A stretch of 63,841 nucleotides of DNA, the filler included, from Octopus bimaculoides (Eukaryota): NCBI RefSeq assembly GCF_001194135.2. It is 6 parts of 6 records of this genome, joined end to end, with 100 filler letters (N's around TTAATTAATTAA, not from the genome) between each part and the next. Parts side by side here need not be neighbours in the genome. Positions count along the whole stretch, not along the records: positions 6,798 to 32,774 come from NC_069003.1; positions 32,875 to 46,911 come from NC_069008.1; 4 more parts are not named here. One strand, written 5' to 3'. The notes beneath the pieces were generated by a model. It searched no databases. It was not told where the DNA came from and worked only from the letters and a program-made list of their open reading frames with translations. Of this stretch, positions 24,406 through 37,665 are shown one piece after another. The first letter of the stretch is position 1. Each line of letters starts with the position of its first letter. Made by a program: the position numbers and the translations under genes.

Positions 24406-25519
24406 ATGCTATTATTATTATTTGCAGAATTGTAAAAATCGACGCTGCTTAACAAAACCATCTCAGTGAAATATATAAATATATATANNNNNNNNNNNNN
24501 NNNNNNNNNNNNNNNNNNNNNNNNNNNNNNNNNNNNNNNNNNNNNNNNNNNNNNNNNNNNNNNNNNNNNNNNNNNNNNNNNNNNNNNNNNNNNNNNNNNN
24601 NNNNNNNNNNNNNNNNNNNNNNNNNNNNNNNNNNNNNNNNNNNNNNNNNNNNNNNNNNNNNNNNNNNNNNNNNNNNNNNNNNNNNNNNNNNNNNNNNNNN
24701 NNNNNNNNNNNNNNNNNNNNNNNNNNNNNNNNNNNNNNNNNNNNNNNNNNNNNNNNNNNNNNNNNNNNNNNNNNNNNNNNNNNNNNNNNNNNNNNNNNNN
24801 NNNNNNNNNNNNNNNNNNNNNNNNNNNNNNNNNNNNNNNNNNNNNNNNNNNNNNNNNNNNNNNNNNNNNNNNNNNNNNNNNNNNNNNNNNNNNNNNNNNN
24901 NNNNNNNNNNNNNNNNNNNNNNNNNNNNNNNNNNNNNNNNNNNNNNNNNNNNNNNNNNNNNNNNNNNNNNNNNNNNNNNNNNNNNNNNNNNNNNNNNNNN
25001 NNNNNNNNNNNNNNNNNNNNNNNNNNNNTATATATATATATATTCCACCTCTAATATTTCCGTTTTTGTCCTCGCCCTGCACTACGAATCCACACACTCG
25101 CGACTCCGCCTGGAACAGCGTTGCATTTTCAGTCTACAAACACAAATTCCTTTCGGACTCAACACAACCCCCTAACGACTGTCTCTACAAACTCCTAAAA
25201 AAAAAGCAACTTTTTATTTGATTCTATCCCATTTTATCCTCCCTTAAAACCACTTACTGTTTTACACTGTCACCCTTTTTTCGATTTTTTATCGTTTCCT
25301 TTCCGTCGAACTGTTTAATCTTTTAATTGCATTCATTTTTTTATAATTGTAGTAATTTCTATTTCAGCCCTTTAATTTTAATTATTTAATTTTTTATTTT
25401 TTTATCTTGTATCTGTTACTTTTTTTGTAATTTTTATTCATTTTTTATTCATTGTTTTAGTTTTACATCTTGTACCCTTTCCCCCATTTTTATCGATCTT
25501 ATTTTATTATATTTTATTT

Positions 25520-26580
25520 TATTTCTGTATACACTCACAAATACATACACACACGTACATATACACACGCACGCACAAATACACGCTCACACGCACACAC
25601 ATGAACGCACATATGATTTCCACACACACCACACACACACAGGCACGCACATACACACACGCACATACACACGCGCATAAACGCGCACACACACGCACAC
25701 AGGAACGCACATATACCTCCACAGACACAACTCAACGCACAAACACATACACACACGCTCATAAACACACACACGCACACATACAAACACACGCATACAT
25801 ACACACGCACGCATACATACACACACACTCTCACATACACGCACGCACACACACATGAATGCCCATATACCTTACATATACCTCCCACACACTCCACACA
25901 CACAGACAACACGCAAATACATGCACACACAACACACACATACACACACGCACATACACACACGCAGACGCACCCGCACGCGCGCACGCACACACGCACA
26001 GGAATGCACACATACCTAACACGCAGAACCCCACGCACGCACACATATACACACCTACATCTACACACTCACACGCGTACACGTTATCACAACTACACAT
26101 ACATACACACACACACACACACGTGCATGCACGCACCAGAACATGCATATACCTCCACACACACAAACCCACGTAGGCACACATATACACACACACACGT
26201 ATACACACGCACTCACACTTATACAGACGCACACGTATACACACACGCGCATGTGCATACACGCACATACACACAAACGCACACGTACATATAGAAACAC
26301 ACACACATGCACACACATGCACATGAACGAACACATGTCTCACACACACACAGCACTCGCTCATACATACATGCACACAATGCATGAGCATATACACCCA
26401 TACACATACACGCACACACACAGATATATGCACACACTACACACAAAACATACACGCACACACATACATACACACGCGCACACATCCTTCAAACTGCCAA
26501 TGTGTGTGTGTGTGTGTTTGTGTGTGCGTGCGTGCGTGTGTGTGTGTGCGTGTATGTGTGTGCGCGTGCGCGCGTACGTT

Positions 26581-26611
<31 letters not shown>

Positions 26612-26630
26612 GTTTGTGTATGTATGTTTG
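25520..26630. repeat. Degenerate (CA)-rich tract switching to (TG)-rich
   Basis: ~1 kb of cryptic CA/CG/TA dinucleotides, followed by a TG-rich stretch from ~26500. Confidence 0.9.
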
Positions 26631-26637
26631 TGGGTCT

Positions 26638-26827
26638 GTGTTCGTCCCCCACACCATCGCTTGATAACCGATGCAGGTGTGTTTATGCCCCGTAACTTAG
26701 CGGTTCGGCACAAGAGCGCGATAGAATTAGGCTTACAAAGAATAAGTCCTGGGGTCTATTTGTTCGACCAAAGGTGGCGCTCCAGCATGGCCGCAGTCGA
26801 ATGAATGAAACAAGTAAAAGAATAAAA

Positions 26828-26830
<3 letters not shown>
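26638..26830 (+). mobile_element. SINE family B 3' part
   Basis: CCCCGTAACTTAGCGGTTCGGC..CTCCAGCATGGCCGCAGTC..GAAACAAGTAAAAG. Confidence 0.75.
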
Positions 26831-26913
<83 letters not shown>

Positions 26914-27432
26914 NNNNNNNNNNNNNNNNNNNNNNNNNNNNNNNNNNNNNNNNNNNNNNNNNNNNNNNNNNNNNNNNNNNNNNNNNNNNNNNNNNNNNNN
27001 NNNNNNNNNNNNNNNNNNNNNNNNNNNNNNNNNNNNNNNNNNNNNNNNNNNNNNNNNNNNNNNNNNNNNNNNNNNNNNNNNNNNNNNNNNNNNNNNNNNN
27101 NNNNNNNNNNNNNNNNNNNNNNNNNNNNNNNNNNNNNNNNNNNNNNNNNNNNNNNNNNNNNNNNNNNNNNNNNNNNNNNNNNNNNNNNNNNNNNNNNNNN
27201 NNNNNNNNNNNNNNNNNNNNNNNNNNNNNNNNNNNNNNNNNNNNNNNNNNNNNNNNNNNNNNNNNNNNNNNNNNNNNNNNNNNNNNNNNNNNNNNNNNNN
27301 NNNNNNNNNNNNNNNNNNNNNNNNNNNNNNNNNNNNNNNNNNNNNNNNNNNNNNNNNNNNNNNNATATATATACATATATATACATATATATATACATAT
27401 ATACATATATACATATATATATACATATATAC

Positions 27433-27496
<64 letters not shown>

Positions 27497-28974
27497 ATTA
27501 TATATAAGTAACTGTAGTCGCTGATGTGACACAATATTTACGGACGTGGATACTTTGGAGACCTTATTATTCTCACCTAGAAGCCATCTATAAAGTTTGC
27601 TGACACCTGAGGATGTGCCCGTAGGTAAATTTAAGTAATGTAGAATTAAATATAATAATACCAACGCTAGCAGTATTAATATCAAAAGATAATATTTATC
27701 GTTATTTAGGACACAAAATACTACTTTATTTACCACGAGAGAATCTCCCGCAATTGCCGCCGTAACTGCCAGATCGTGTGATTTCGGCTTTCCTTGGCCT
27801 TCTCAATGGCAGATTCCCGAGGCTAGAGAAAGCAGCAGTTCCTCCGTTCGCGATATACATAGGATCTCAGTGTCTAATCAAAGACTGGTGCCACAAACAT
27901 CCAGTGGACTTATTGAAAATAATTAATAGTGACGGAAGCGTTAATACGAAAATGTAATATTATCACCACTTCTCCCGCTAGCGATATAATCACGAGTGCT
28001 TATATGCACCACAAGTCCATATGCTAGGTTCTCTCATGCTAAATAACGCAGTATTCTGTGTTGTAACACAACATTCATTTTTAAGTGTATATATACGTAA
28101 GCACATACTGTACGTGAGCGCACATACTTGCATAGGTGTAACTTTATGTATGTCAGAGTAGCTATGTGTGTGTGCCTTATATATATATGTGTGTTTTTGT
28201 GTTTGTGTGTGTGTGAGAGTGTCTGTATGTTTAAGTGTATCTATATTTGTATATGTATGTGTATATATATATATATAATCAGAAAGCGGGTTATATAAAT
28301 TGAAGATGAAGCTTTTTTACTTAGCAGCAAAATAAACGTCATCCGAACAGTAGCGGTAGTAAATTAGCTTCAGGCTGTCATCTATATATTTCTTTTTACG
28401 CGTGTATATACCCACTTACACGTGCGTGTATGTGTGTAAACATACATCTATATATGCATGAATTTATATATGTAATATATAATGTACATATACAAAGAGA
28501 GAGGTGTGTGTATATGTGTGTGTGAGTGCGCGCGCGTGTGTGTTTGTATGTATGTGTAACATAAGGTTTTGTATTTTATCATTTAAATCTTATCTCATAA
28601 ACAAGTGATTTATTTCCCAAACTATGAATAAACTAAAATCCTCCATTACTGGATTTTAGACAACAACAGCCGCAGCAACAAGAACAACTGCAACAGCAGC
28701 AACTAGAAGTGAACCAGAATTCACACGCTAACCGTTAGAAAACATACTTGTTCTCTTCCTTGTGTTTAAATGATTAAATCATATTAACTTAATACATATC
28801 GGATCAACAATGCCTAGTCATTTTTGGTGCCACTCAAATGGAATGGTCGTTTAATTCTCTAAGGGACGTGAAGACAAAATTGTTTTATTTACGAGATGTC
28901 ATATAACTGTCACATGTCACGTGTCCAAGGGCGGCTACTCTTCCTCTCAACGTTGCCTGTGTCTTCGAGCTTTC

Positions 28975-29340
28975 TTATCTCTTTTCTCTTTTATCTTTTA
29001 CTTTCTTCATTCAGGAGACTGCAGCCATGCGGTGGCAAGGCCTTAAGGAACTTTAGTCGAATGAATCGACCCCGACCAGGACTTTTATTTTAATATGGCA
29101 TAATTACATCTTTACTGCATAATATTTTTTCTCTCTTCTTTTCTTTTATTTGTATCAGTCATTAGGCTGGGGCACCGCATTGAAAGGATTAGTCAAACAA
29201 ATCGACCCCAGTTCTTGATAGATCTCTTTTTTCTAAGCTTAATCTATTGGCCACTTTTTGCCGAAACCACTACGGGGACGTAAACAAACCAACAGAGATT
29301 GGTTGTGAGGGATGAACATAAAGATACATATATAGATAGA
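28975..29340 (-). mobile_element. SINE family B 3' part
   Basis: Degenerate match to the 11625-11830 region. Confidence 0.6.
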
Positions 29341-29399
<59 letters not shown>

Positions 29400-29400
<1 letters not shown>

Positions 29401-30870
29401 ATCGCAAGGAGAGTCATGGCTTTTCACAGTCGAGGCTGGCTGTAGGGGATTCCCTACTCAGTCGGCATGGAGGAAGTTTCCAGCGATTGGAATGAGAAGA
29501 AAGGAGCGAAGGATAGCTGTGCACAAGATGGGTAGAGGCAGCAGAAAGGGCCTCTAGCAAATTCACTCACAAGGCCCTAGCTACAGCAGATGACCCTTGA
29601 AATTCCCTCTCTGTCCTCAATTTCCTTTTCAAGTGAAAGTTGAAGATGTTAATGAGGGCTTGGCCAAAGAGGAAAAAGTATTTGCCTTCAACCCTTTCTA
29701 TCTGGTCCACCACACAACGAGCCAGCGATGCTGGAGAGTATCCATAGTCCAAGGATTTCTGGTATTATCCATAGGACCCGGTCCGAAAGTCTTTCGAGAC
29801 AAACTAGCCAGTTGATTTTCGTCGGCGCCCAAAATCTCCCCGGGAACATCATCGCACTTGCCCGCTACCAACCCTGTATTGGAACTTTCACTGGCCGCAT
29901 TGCTTGACTGACAGAGGATTGTGAACCTCTGACTACATTCTAGGTACCAAGCACTCTGCCTTGTACACTTGATCTAGAACTGCAGCTCAGTCAGAGTGAT
30001 GAGCTGTGGAAGAGCGAGTCTGTCAAACGGCGACCACGCCTGCTCACGGCCAACGAAGCACTGGAGATGTCGTAGCCTAGGCGCATGTCTGCACATAGTC
30101 TCCACAGAATACCCAGTTCTCCATTCAGCGGGTGTTGACAGCAAATGGGCGCTGACCAGTGGAATGCGTCCCTTCCTTAGAAAGCGGAAGAGTATGCACT
30201 CCAGTTTGGTCAGTATATCATGGATGCGATATAAGAAATTCACCACCTGTGCCCAACCTTTTAGAAATTATTTTTCTCTCGCTCCATTTTTGGGTGAGGT
30301 TGGTCACCCTTCTCGTCATCTTGTCTCAGTTCTTCAACTGGAGATCTGGACAAATTTAGACCTAATCCCTCTGTCCAGCATCCAACAGTGTTGTTGGATG
30401 GCATGGACATGTCTTTCCAAGTGCCGAACAGCAGGCCCACTGACATTTCGTGGTTAATTTTTGCTCTTGTTGTCGCCTCGTATTCATTTAGAGCAGGGCC
30501 GACCAGGTCTATGTGCCTGGTATTCGAAATAATGACGGTGACGTCGTCCGCATATGCTGACACGGTTTTCTTACCTCCTACTTTGCGTGGGATGCCTCTC
30601 AACGCTTCCAATTTCCGTAGTAGTGGCATTTGGGACAGTAAATACAGAAGAGATGATAGCGGACACCTTGACAGATCGTGCGCATGATACTGAATGGTTC
30701 CCATAGGTAACTATTCACCAGGACTACCGAATAGATGTCGCTGTATATTGCAGCGATACACCCACAGAAAACGAGACCGAAACCGGCCACTATGAGAATG
30801 GCCGCCACGTATTGGTGGTCAACCCTAGCGAAGGTTTTAGAGTGATGCAAAGGTTTTAGAGTGGCCACAT
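29400..30870 (-). mobile_element. Tx1/L1-clade LINE ORF2 fragment (RT plus C-terminus)
   Basis: KAFARVDH, QG.CPLSSLLY, SAYADDVTVII RT motifs; C-terminus homologous to 19660-20470. Confidence 0.85.
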
Positions 30871-30949
30871 ATATTTATACTACCTATTCTGAGCCAGGCC
30901 ATGTGGCACAATGAAATAGACGGAGAAGAGGAGAGAGATAGAACTACTT

Positions 30950-32300
30950 ACTAGGAGTTTTGTGAATGAATAGGTGTCCCGTCCCTCTGGTTAGATGTGA
31001 GCGTTTCTACAAATAGTCCTTTGCAAAGTCTTTTGCTAACATTTTTTGTAAAATTTCGTAGCCATCAGGGTATTTGTTTTCTAATGTGCTGTATGTGTTT
31101 TGTTGCATACATATGATTTTTATGTGTGTAGGTATTTTGGTTACTGGTTGTCGGTTTGATGAAATTGCTCCGAGTGATGTCTGTATGATTGCGTATGTAT
31201 ACCATTAGTGCTTTGTTGATCGCGTTTATGGCGATTTAGTTGGTGATGTTTAAATTTTTATTCGCGTTGGGATTTGTGATGAAATTATTGAGCTTGTACT
31301 GGTGGTGTCAGTGAAAGTGGTGGGGGTTGTGGTAGTGATGGAGATGATGTTGACAATGTTAGTGTGGTTGGGGGCGGTGTTTGAGTATTGTTGTTTAAAG
31401 GCATTTCCACTATTTGTTCGTATCTGCCAGTTCTTCGCGTTGGTGTGTTTTTGTTTCTCTTTCTTTTCTTGGCCGTTTAGCTCGTCACCGTCCCCTTCAT
31501 TGCAGGACATGTATAAGTGGTCAGAAGGAGGAGGAGTATGTCTTGGGGAGGTTTTGGTGTTTTGTTGAAGTGGATGTTGTCGTTATTGTTGTTGGTGATG
31601 GTGAGCGGGTGTGGATATTACAGTAACTGTTGTTGCTGCTGTATTCGCAGCTGTTAGTTAGTCTTGTTGTTGACGTGGCTACCTGCCTCTGTTAGTACTG
31701 TTGCTGTCGTTTTGCTGCTGTTGTTGTTGTTGTTGTTGCTGCTGCTGCTACTGCTGCTGTGGTGGTGGTGGTGGTGCCCATGGCATCGGCAGGAGTGTTT
31801 GTTTCCTTTGCTGCATACCCTGTCCTAATCAGTTCTCCTTTTGTAATCTCTGTATCTGCAGAATACTAGTTTTCTCGTCTATGTCGAAGAGAACCATTGC
31901 TACCAAACTGTAAATGTTGATTTCTGGTGGCATACTTAATATTCTTATTTTAAACACCCGTCAGCCAAGGTAACTGGGGATCAGGATGAGTTCGTCACTT
32001 GTTAGAGTGGTTGTTAAGTGATTTTTGGCGTCTTCTACTGAGACGAATCTCACTTCGGCAATACCATATTTTTTTCGCCCTGGTTATAAAAGTTTTCCTC
32101 TTCCAAATTCGTCACAAACATTTTTCTATCTGCTGTCGTGTTGCCTGCTCTATTCTTCTACTTTGTATTCCAGTTGTCTTGTGTAGAACTGTCTGCAAAT
32201 TAGTTTCTTGCTGGACAGATCTAGAAACATTCAGTACCACATTTCGACCAAGTTTCTTTATCATACACTTTGCACTTTTAAATTCAGATGGAGAAAAACT
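30950..32300 (-). mobile_element. Degenerate ORF1/gag-like region, probably of a LINE
   Basis: Minus strand reads KYGIAEVRFVS..ELILIPSYLG.RVFKIRILSMPPEI..VLFDIDE, then low-complexity Q/T-rich sequence; lies directly upstream of the Tx1 ORF2 fragment. Confidence 0.4.
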
Positions 32301-32449
32301 AACCAGCTTCCTAAGGTCATGCTTAGTTTATCTGTATAACGATAACAAAATTTCACTATAGAACATCGTGTAACAATATAAATAACAACAAACTTAGGAG
32401 AGCGATGAGCAATACTTGTCGATAGACGAATGACAACAATAACAACAGC

Positions 32450-32488
<39 letters not shown>

Positions 32489-32540
32489 AATAATAATAAT
32501 AAGAAGAAGAAGGAGAAGAAGAAGAAGAAGAAGAAGAAGA

Positions 32541-32774
32541 AGAATACAGCTCCAAACAAAAGAGGGACTTGTGAAAACGAAAGCCATCCCCATTAGAAGA
32601 GGAATATTCCAGGGAGACACGCTCTCTCCACTCCTGTTCTACCTGGCACTTACACCTTTATCTGAAGGTGGTAGGGGTCTTATACAGATGGAAAACTATT
32701 ATAAAATATATTTGTATAAAATAACCACCATAGAACTGCAAAAATACCTACTTCAGAAGCAAGGAAAACTAATA
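32541..32774 (+). mobile_element. RLE-type LINE RT fragment
   Basis: IPIRRGIFQGDTLSPLLFYLALTPLS fused directly to EGGRGLIQME. Confidence 0.75.
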
Positions 32775-32874
32775 NNNNNNNNNNNNNNNNNNNNNNNNNN
32801 NNNNNNNNNNNNNNNNNNTTAATTAATTAANNNNNNNNNNNNNNNNNNNNNNNNNNNNNNNNNNNNNNNNNNNN
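32775..32874. other. Artificial scaffold join
   Basis: 44N-TTAATTAATTAA-44N. Confidence 0.9.
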
Positions 32875-33254
32875 TCTTCAAGTTTCAAAGCCAAGAAACA
32901 CTCAATATCATTTTTAACCTCTTCGCAATTAATTAAGTGTTTTCCTTCTAAATGATATTACAATGATCTTAAAAAATGATAGCCAAATGGATCAATGTCA
33001 GGTAAGTAAGGAGGATGAGGCAAAACATACATATTTTATGCCACAATCTTTTCCTGGGTGCCTTGAGTAATATGTGGTCTTGCATTATCTTGTAAAAGTA
33101 CACGTTTTTTAAGACTGACCAATGATGGATGCTGTTTCTGCTAATGTTTGTGCAGTGTCTCCAATTAATGACAATACTTCTCTGCATGAACTGTTTTGTT
33201 TTGGTTTAACACTCCATCATAGAAAACAACCTCCATATCCCACCAAACACAGCT

Positions 33255-34315
33255 TAACTGAGAGCTGTGCGAGCCATGTACAGAGACGCTGTCAGTAAGG
33301 TGAGGGTTAGCAACGAGTACAGTGAAGAATTCCGGGTAGAGGTAGGAGTCCACCAAGGTTCAGTCCTCAGCTCGCTCCTATTTATCATAGTCCTCCAGGC
33401 GATAACAGGAATTCAAGACAGGATGCCCCTGGGAGCTCCTCTATGCTGATGACCTTGCACTAATTGCTGAGACACTATCAGAACTAGAGGAGAAGTTTCA
33501 GGTGTGGAAGCAAGGACTAGAATCGAAGGGCCTTAGAGTCAACCTAGCTAAAACCAAAGNNNNNNNNNNNNNNNNNNNNNNNNNNNNNNNNNNNNNNNNN
33601 NNNNNNNNNNNNNNNNNNNNNNNNNNNNNNNNNNNNNNNNNNNNNNNNNNNNNNNNNNNNNNNNNNNNNNNNNNNNNNNNNNNNNNNNNNNNNNNNNNNN
33701 NNNNNNNNNNNNNNNNNNNNNNNNNNNNNNNNNNNNNNNNNNNNNNNNNNNNNNNNNNNNNNNNNNNNNNNNNNNNNNNNNNNNNNNNNNNNNNNNNNNN
33801 NNNNNNNNNNNNNNNCGTACCTTCCTTCATTGGACATTTAACTCTGCTTGCGAAGATCTGTTGAGGCAAGTGAAATCGAAATCAAACTAAATTCGACGAC
33901 TGGCACCCATACCAACATTGTCTCCTTCATTGGACACTAAACTCGGCTTGCGAAGACCTGTTGGGGCAAGCGAAAGCAAAATCGGGATGGCACCTGTGCC
34001 CAGCGTCACCTTCCTGGCACGTGTAAAGACATTCGAGCAAGATCATTGCCAGTGCTACTGGACTGGCTCCTGTGCAGGTGGCACATAAAATACACCATTT
34101 TGAGCATGGCCGTTGCCAGTACTGCCTGACTGGCCTTCATGCCGGTGGCACGTAAAAGCACCCACTACACTCTCGGAGTGGTTGGCATTAGGAAGGGCAT
34201 CCAAATCAGATTGGAGCCTGGTGTAGCCATCTTGTTCATCAGTCCTCAGTCAAATCGTCCAACCCATGCTAGCATGGAAAGCAGACATTAAATGATGATG
34301 ATGATGATGATGATA
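33255..34315 (+). mobile_element. RTE-clade LINE fragment with 3' UTR and (GAT)n tail, gap-interrupted
   Basis: GVHQGSVLSSLLF, LLYADDLALIAE, GLRVNLAKTK; tail CATGCTAGCATGGAAAGCAGACATTAAATGATGAT. Confidence 0.8.
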
Positions 34316-35299
34316 TAAATATATTATTCTGTTGAATGTAATGCTTATTCATTCACGTTTTTTAATTAGTCAAACATTATCTTATAACATCAAGATTTTG
34401 ATGATGTAATTGCATATTTTTAGAATGACACTGTTGGGTAGGTGGGAGAGGCCAGAACTGGTTAGTCTGAAGATGAAAGAGGTTGAACATTTGGGCCAGA
34501 TATGACCAGTTTAAATGCTTAAAGAGTTAGTATATGTAGAGTTACACAATATGAATATGTAATTTAATTGCAGTGTGTAACACGATTTTTCTCCTTAGGT
34601 ACCCTAGAAATTAAGAAAAATGTCTAAATATATTCTTCAGACTTTGTTACATTTATTCAAACCCCAAAGAATCCTTCTCGATACATGGCTGTAATGCTCC
34701 CCACTACTCCTGATCAGAGAATATCTACTCCAGCAATTCAATGCTGAATCTGTGAAATGTAATGGAAACTAGATCAGTTTCAAAACATTGATGTTCAGGT
34801 CACAGAAGTAAAATTCAAAGGAAATAGTAGTCATTTCCTTTGATTTCTCTGCAGAAGCAAATAGGAAATAACACTTGTTGACCGAAGATTAAAAACAAAA
34901 GAAATTGTTACACATTTTTATTCAGATTAGTGTTTATTTGTTAGTTTATCTCCATAGAAACGTAGTAAAATATTCAGTTAAATCTCTACATTTTATGCAT
35001 GTTCTTTATCTTACAATGTTATTTCTCTATGATTTCAGATTGTCAGATACCATTGGTATAAAAGGCTTGTTTATGCCAATGGTAAAGGCTTGTTTGTATT
35101 GGATTTATCATGAATGTTGATCATCTTTGAGAGACTAAAGAAAAATGTTACACAGAAACAGACATACAACATTGTTTACTTGGATCTTCAAGGAAATGTG
35201 AGGAAGTATTAAGTCATAACTGAAAATAGTAACAGCATTTCATTTGGAATTCTGCAAACCAATATTTAGATGCTGTGCCATGCTTGAATAGAAGGCCCA

Positions 35300-35522
35300 T
35301 CAAGTCAAGTGAGATCATAGTCGTAACAGATACTGGTGTCACACAACTGGCACATAAAAGCAACCATTACACTCTCAGAGTGGCTGGCATTAGGAGAGGT
35401 ATCCAGCTGTAGAAACCATGCCAAATCAGACTGGTGTCTGGTGCAGCCCCTCAGCTTACCAGCCCTGGTCAAACTGTCCAACCTATGCCAGCATGGACAA
35501 TGGATGTTAAATGATGATGGTG
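35300..35522 (+). mobile_element. RTE 3' tail fragment inside the ZNF 5' region
   Basis: Matches the 34130-34315 and 39640-39805 tails. Confidence 0.7.
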
Positions 35523-35745
35523 GTGATAATTTGACTCTAAATTTATAGAGGTTTGTGATGTTTCAAGATATGAACAAAGACCACAGTTGATGTAAATATA
35601 TTAGCAGAAAGCAATGTAAAAAATAAACAATAAAAACAAAAACATGGAGAATGTTCAAATATTATGGTGTGATAAGAAAAATATAGGTAAAATGAATTAT
35701 GTAAGAACCTTTAAGGAGTGACTTTTTTTTTTTTTGCCTGAAAAG

Positions 35746-37113
35746 ATGCCAAATGAAACTGGAAAATCATATCACTGTGATATTTGCAATAAATCATTTT
35801 CTGGAAGTAGTAACTTAATTATACACGAGCGTATTCATACAGGAGAGAAGCCATATCAGTGTAATATCTGTGGGAAATCCTTCTCTGAAAATGGTAACTT
35901 GACTAAACATAAGCGTATTCATACAGGAGAGAAACCATATGACTGTAATATCTGTGGTAGATCATTCTCTCAGAATAGTCAGTTAACTATACACAAACGT
36001 ATTCATACAAGGGATAAACCATATCACTGTGATGTCTGTGGTAAATCATTCTCTCTAAACCATCACTTAAATAAACACAAACGCATTCATACAGGAGTGA
36101 AACCATATTGCTGTAATATTTGTGGTAAATCATTCTCTCAAAATGAACATTTAACAACACACAAGCGTATGCATACAGGTGAGAAGCCATATCAGTGTGA
36201 AATCTGTGGTAAATCATTCACTGGGAGTAGCTACCTTACTACACACAAACGCATTCATACAGGAGAGAAACCATATCACTGTGATGTCTGTGGTAAATCA
36301 TTCTCTGAAAATGGTGCCTTAATTACACACAAACACATTCATACAGGAGAGAAGTTATATCGCTGTGATATTTGTGATAAGTCATTCTCTTTAAATCATA
36401 ATTTAACAAAACACAAACGTATTCACACAGGAGAGAAGCCATATCACTGTGGTTTCTGTGGTAAATCATTCTCTCAAAAAAGCCACTTACTTAGACATAA
36501 ACGTATTCATACAGGAGAGAAACCTTATCAATGTGATATCTGTGGTACATCAGTTCCTCAGAATTATACCTTAACTCAGCACAAACGTATTCATACTCGA
36601 GAGAAACCATATCACTGTTATATCTGTGGAAAATCATTCTCTGGAAGTAGCCATTTAACTACTCACATACGCATTCATACAGGAGAGAAGCCATATCATT
36701 GTGATATCTGTGATAAATCATTTTGTCATGGTAACACCTTAACTAACCACAAACGTATTCATACTGGAGAGAAACCATATCACTGTGATATTTGTGATAG
36801 ATCTTTCTCTGAAAATGGACATTTGACTATGCACAAACGTATTCATTTAGGAGAGAAACCATATTACTGTGATATCTGTGGAAAATCATTCTCTCAAAAT
36901 GGTAACTTAACTAGACATAAACGTATTCATACAGGAGATAAACCATATCACTGTGATGTATGTGGTAAATTATTCTCTCATGGAAATACCTTAACTATAC
37001 ACAAACAACAGATTCATACGAAAGGAAAGCCATATCTTTGTGATATCTGTGGTAAATCTTTCTCTTATCAAAGTAATTTAAGCAGACACATATGTGTTGC
37101 TACAAAACAGTAG
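35746..37113 (+). CDS. Tandem C2H2 zinc-finger protein, 455 aa, 16 fingers (last one degenerate), no KRAB/SCAN/BTB domain seen
   Basis: Uninterrupted ORF of CxxCx12Hx3H units with TGEKPY linkers; first ATG at 35746 (the track start at 35734 is TTG); probable acceptor at 35037-35038. Confidence 0.92.
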   Translation: MPNETGKSYHCDICNKSFSGSSNLIIHERIHTGEKPYQCNICGKSFSENGNLTKHKRIHTGEKPYDCNICGRSFSQNSQLTIHKRIHTRDKPYHCDVCGKSFSLNHHLNKHKRIHTGVKPYCCNICGKSFSQNEHLTTHKRMHTGEKPYQCEICGKSFTGSSYLTTHKRIHTGEKPYHCDVCGKSFSENGALITHKHIHTGEKLYRCDICDKSFSLNHNLTKHKRIHTGEKPYHCGFCGKSFSQKSHLLRHKRIHTGEKPYQCDICGTSVPQNYTLTQHKRIHTREKPYHCYICGKSFSGSSHLTTHIRIHTGEKPYHCDICDKSFCHGNTLTNHKRIHTGEKPYHCDICDRSFSENGHLTMHKRIHLGEKPYYCDICGKSFSQNGNLTRHKRIHTGDKPYHCDVCGKLFSHGNTLTIHKQQIHTKGKPYLCDICGKSFSYQSNLSRHICVATKQ

Positions 37114-37665
37114 TTGTGTCAATATTAAAATTTGTTAAAACTCACATCAAAATTTTTAAAACCATTTTCTCTGCTAAAGTAGTGTTTACAGTCTGTTATG
37201 GAAGAATCCTGATCACCCCCATGTAACTGAAGGTGGACTAACCGATTATAATAAATAACTGAATGAACTTTCTGGGAGGAATTGACAGTATTAGTTCGAC
37301 TGTGTTGGTTAACAATCTGTAGTTGAACAGTGAAAACTGAGTATCGTACCTACATACGGAGTGCATTCTGTGTTAACATATATTTCTGTGATATGTTATT
37401 TTTAGATAACTACAACCAACCATTTTACACCAGACGTGTATACTCACTTCATAACAGAGTCAGATTTACTTCTCACTGATTTGGAAAATGTGAATAAAAA
37501 GACACCCAGAACAATCCACAGTATGTTGATTTATACATGTGATTTGTCAAATGTGACTCTCGGAGTATTGGTTGAGTGAAATGTCTCTTTTCCAGGAAAT
37601 AAATTAACGTCTCAGTGTTGCAGCATGTATCATGTTGTTACTATGCTTCGTACATCTCACACAGT

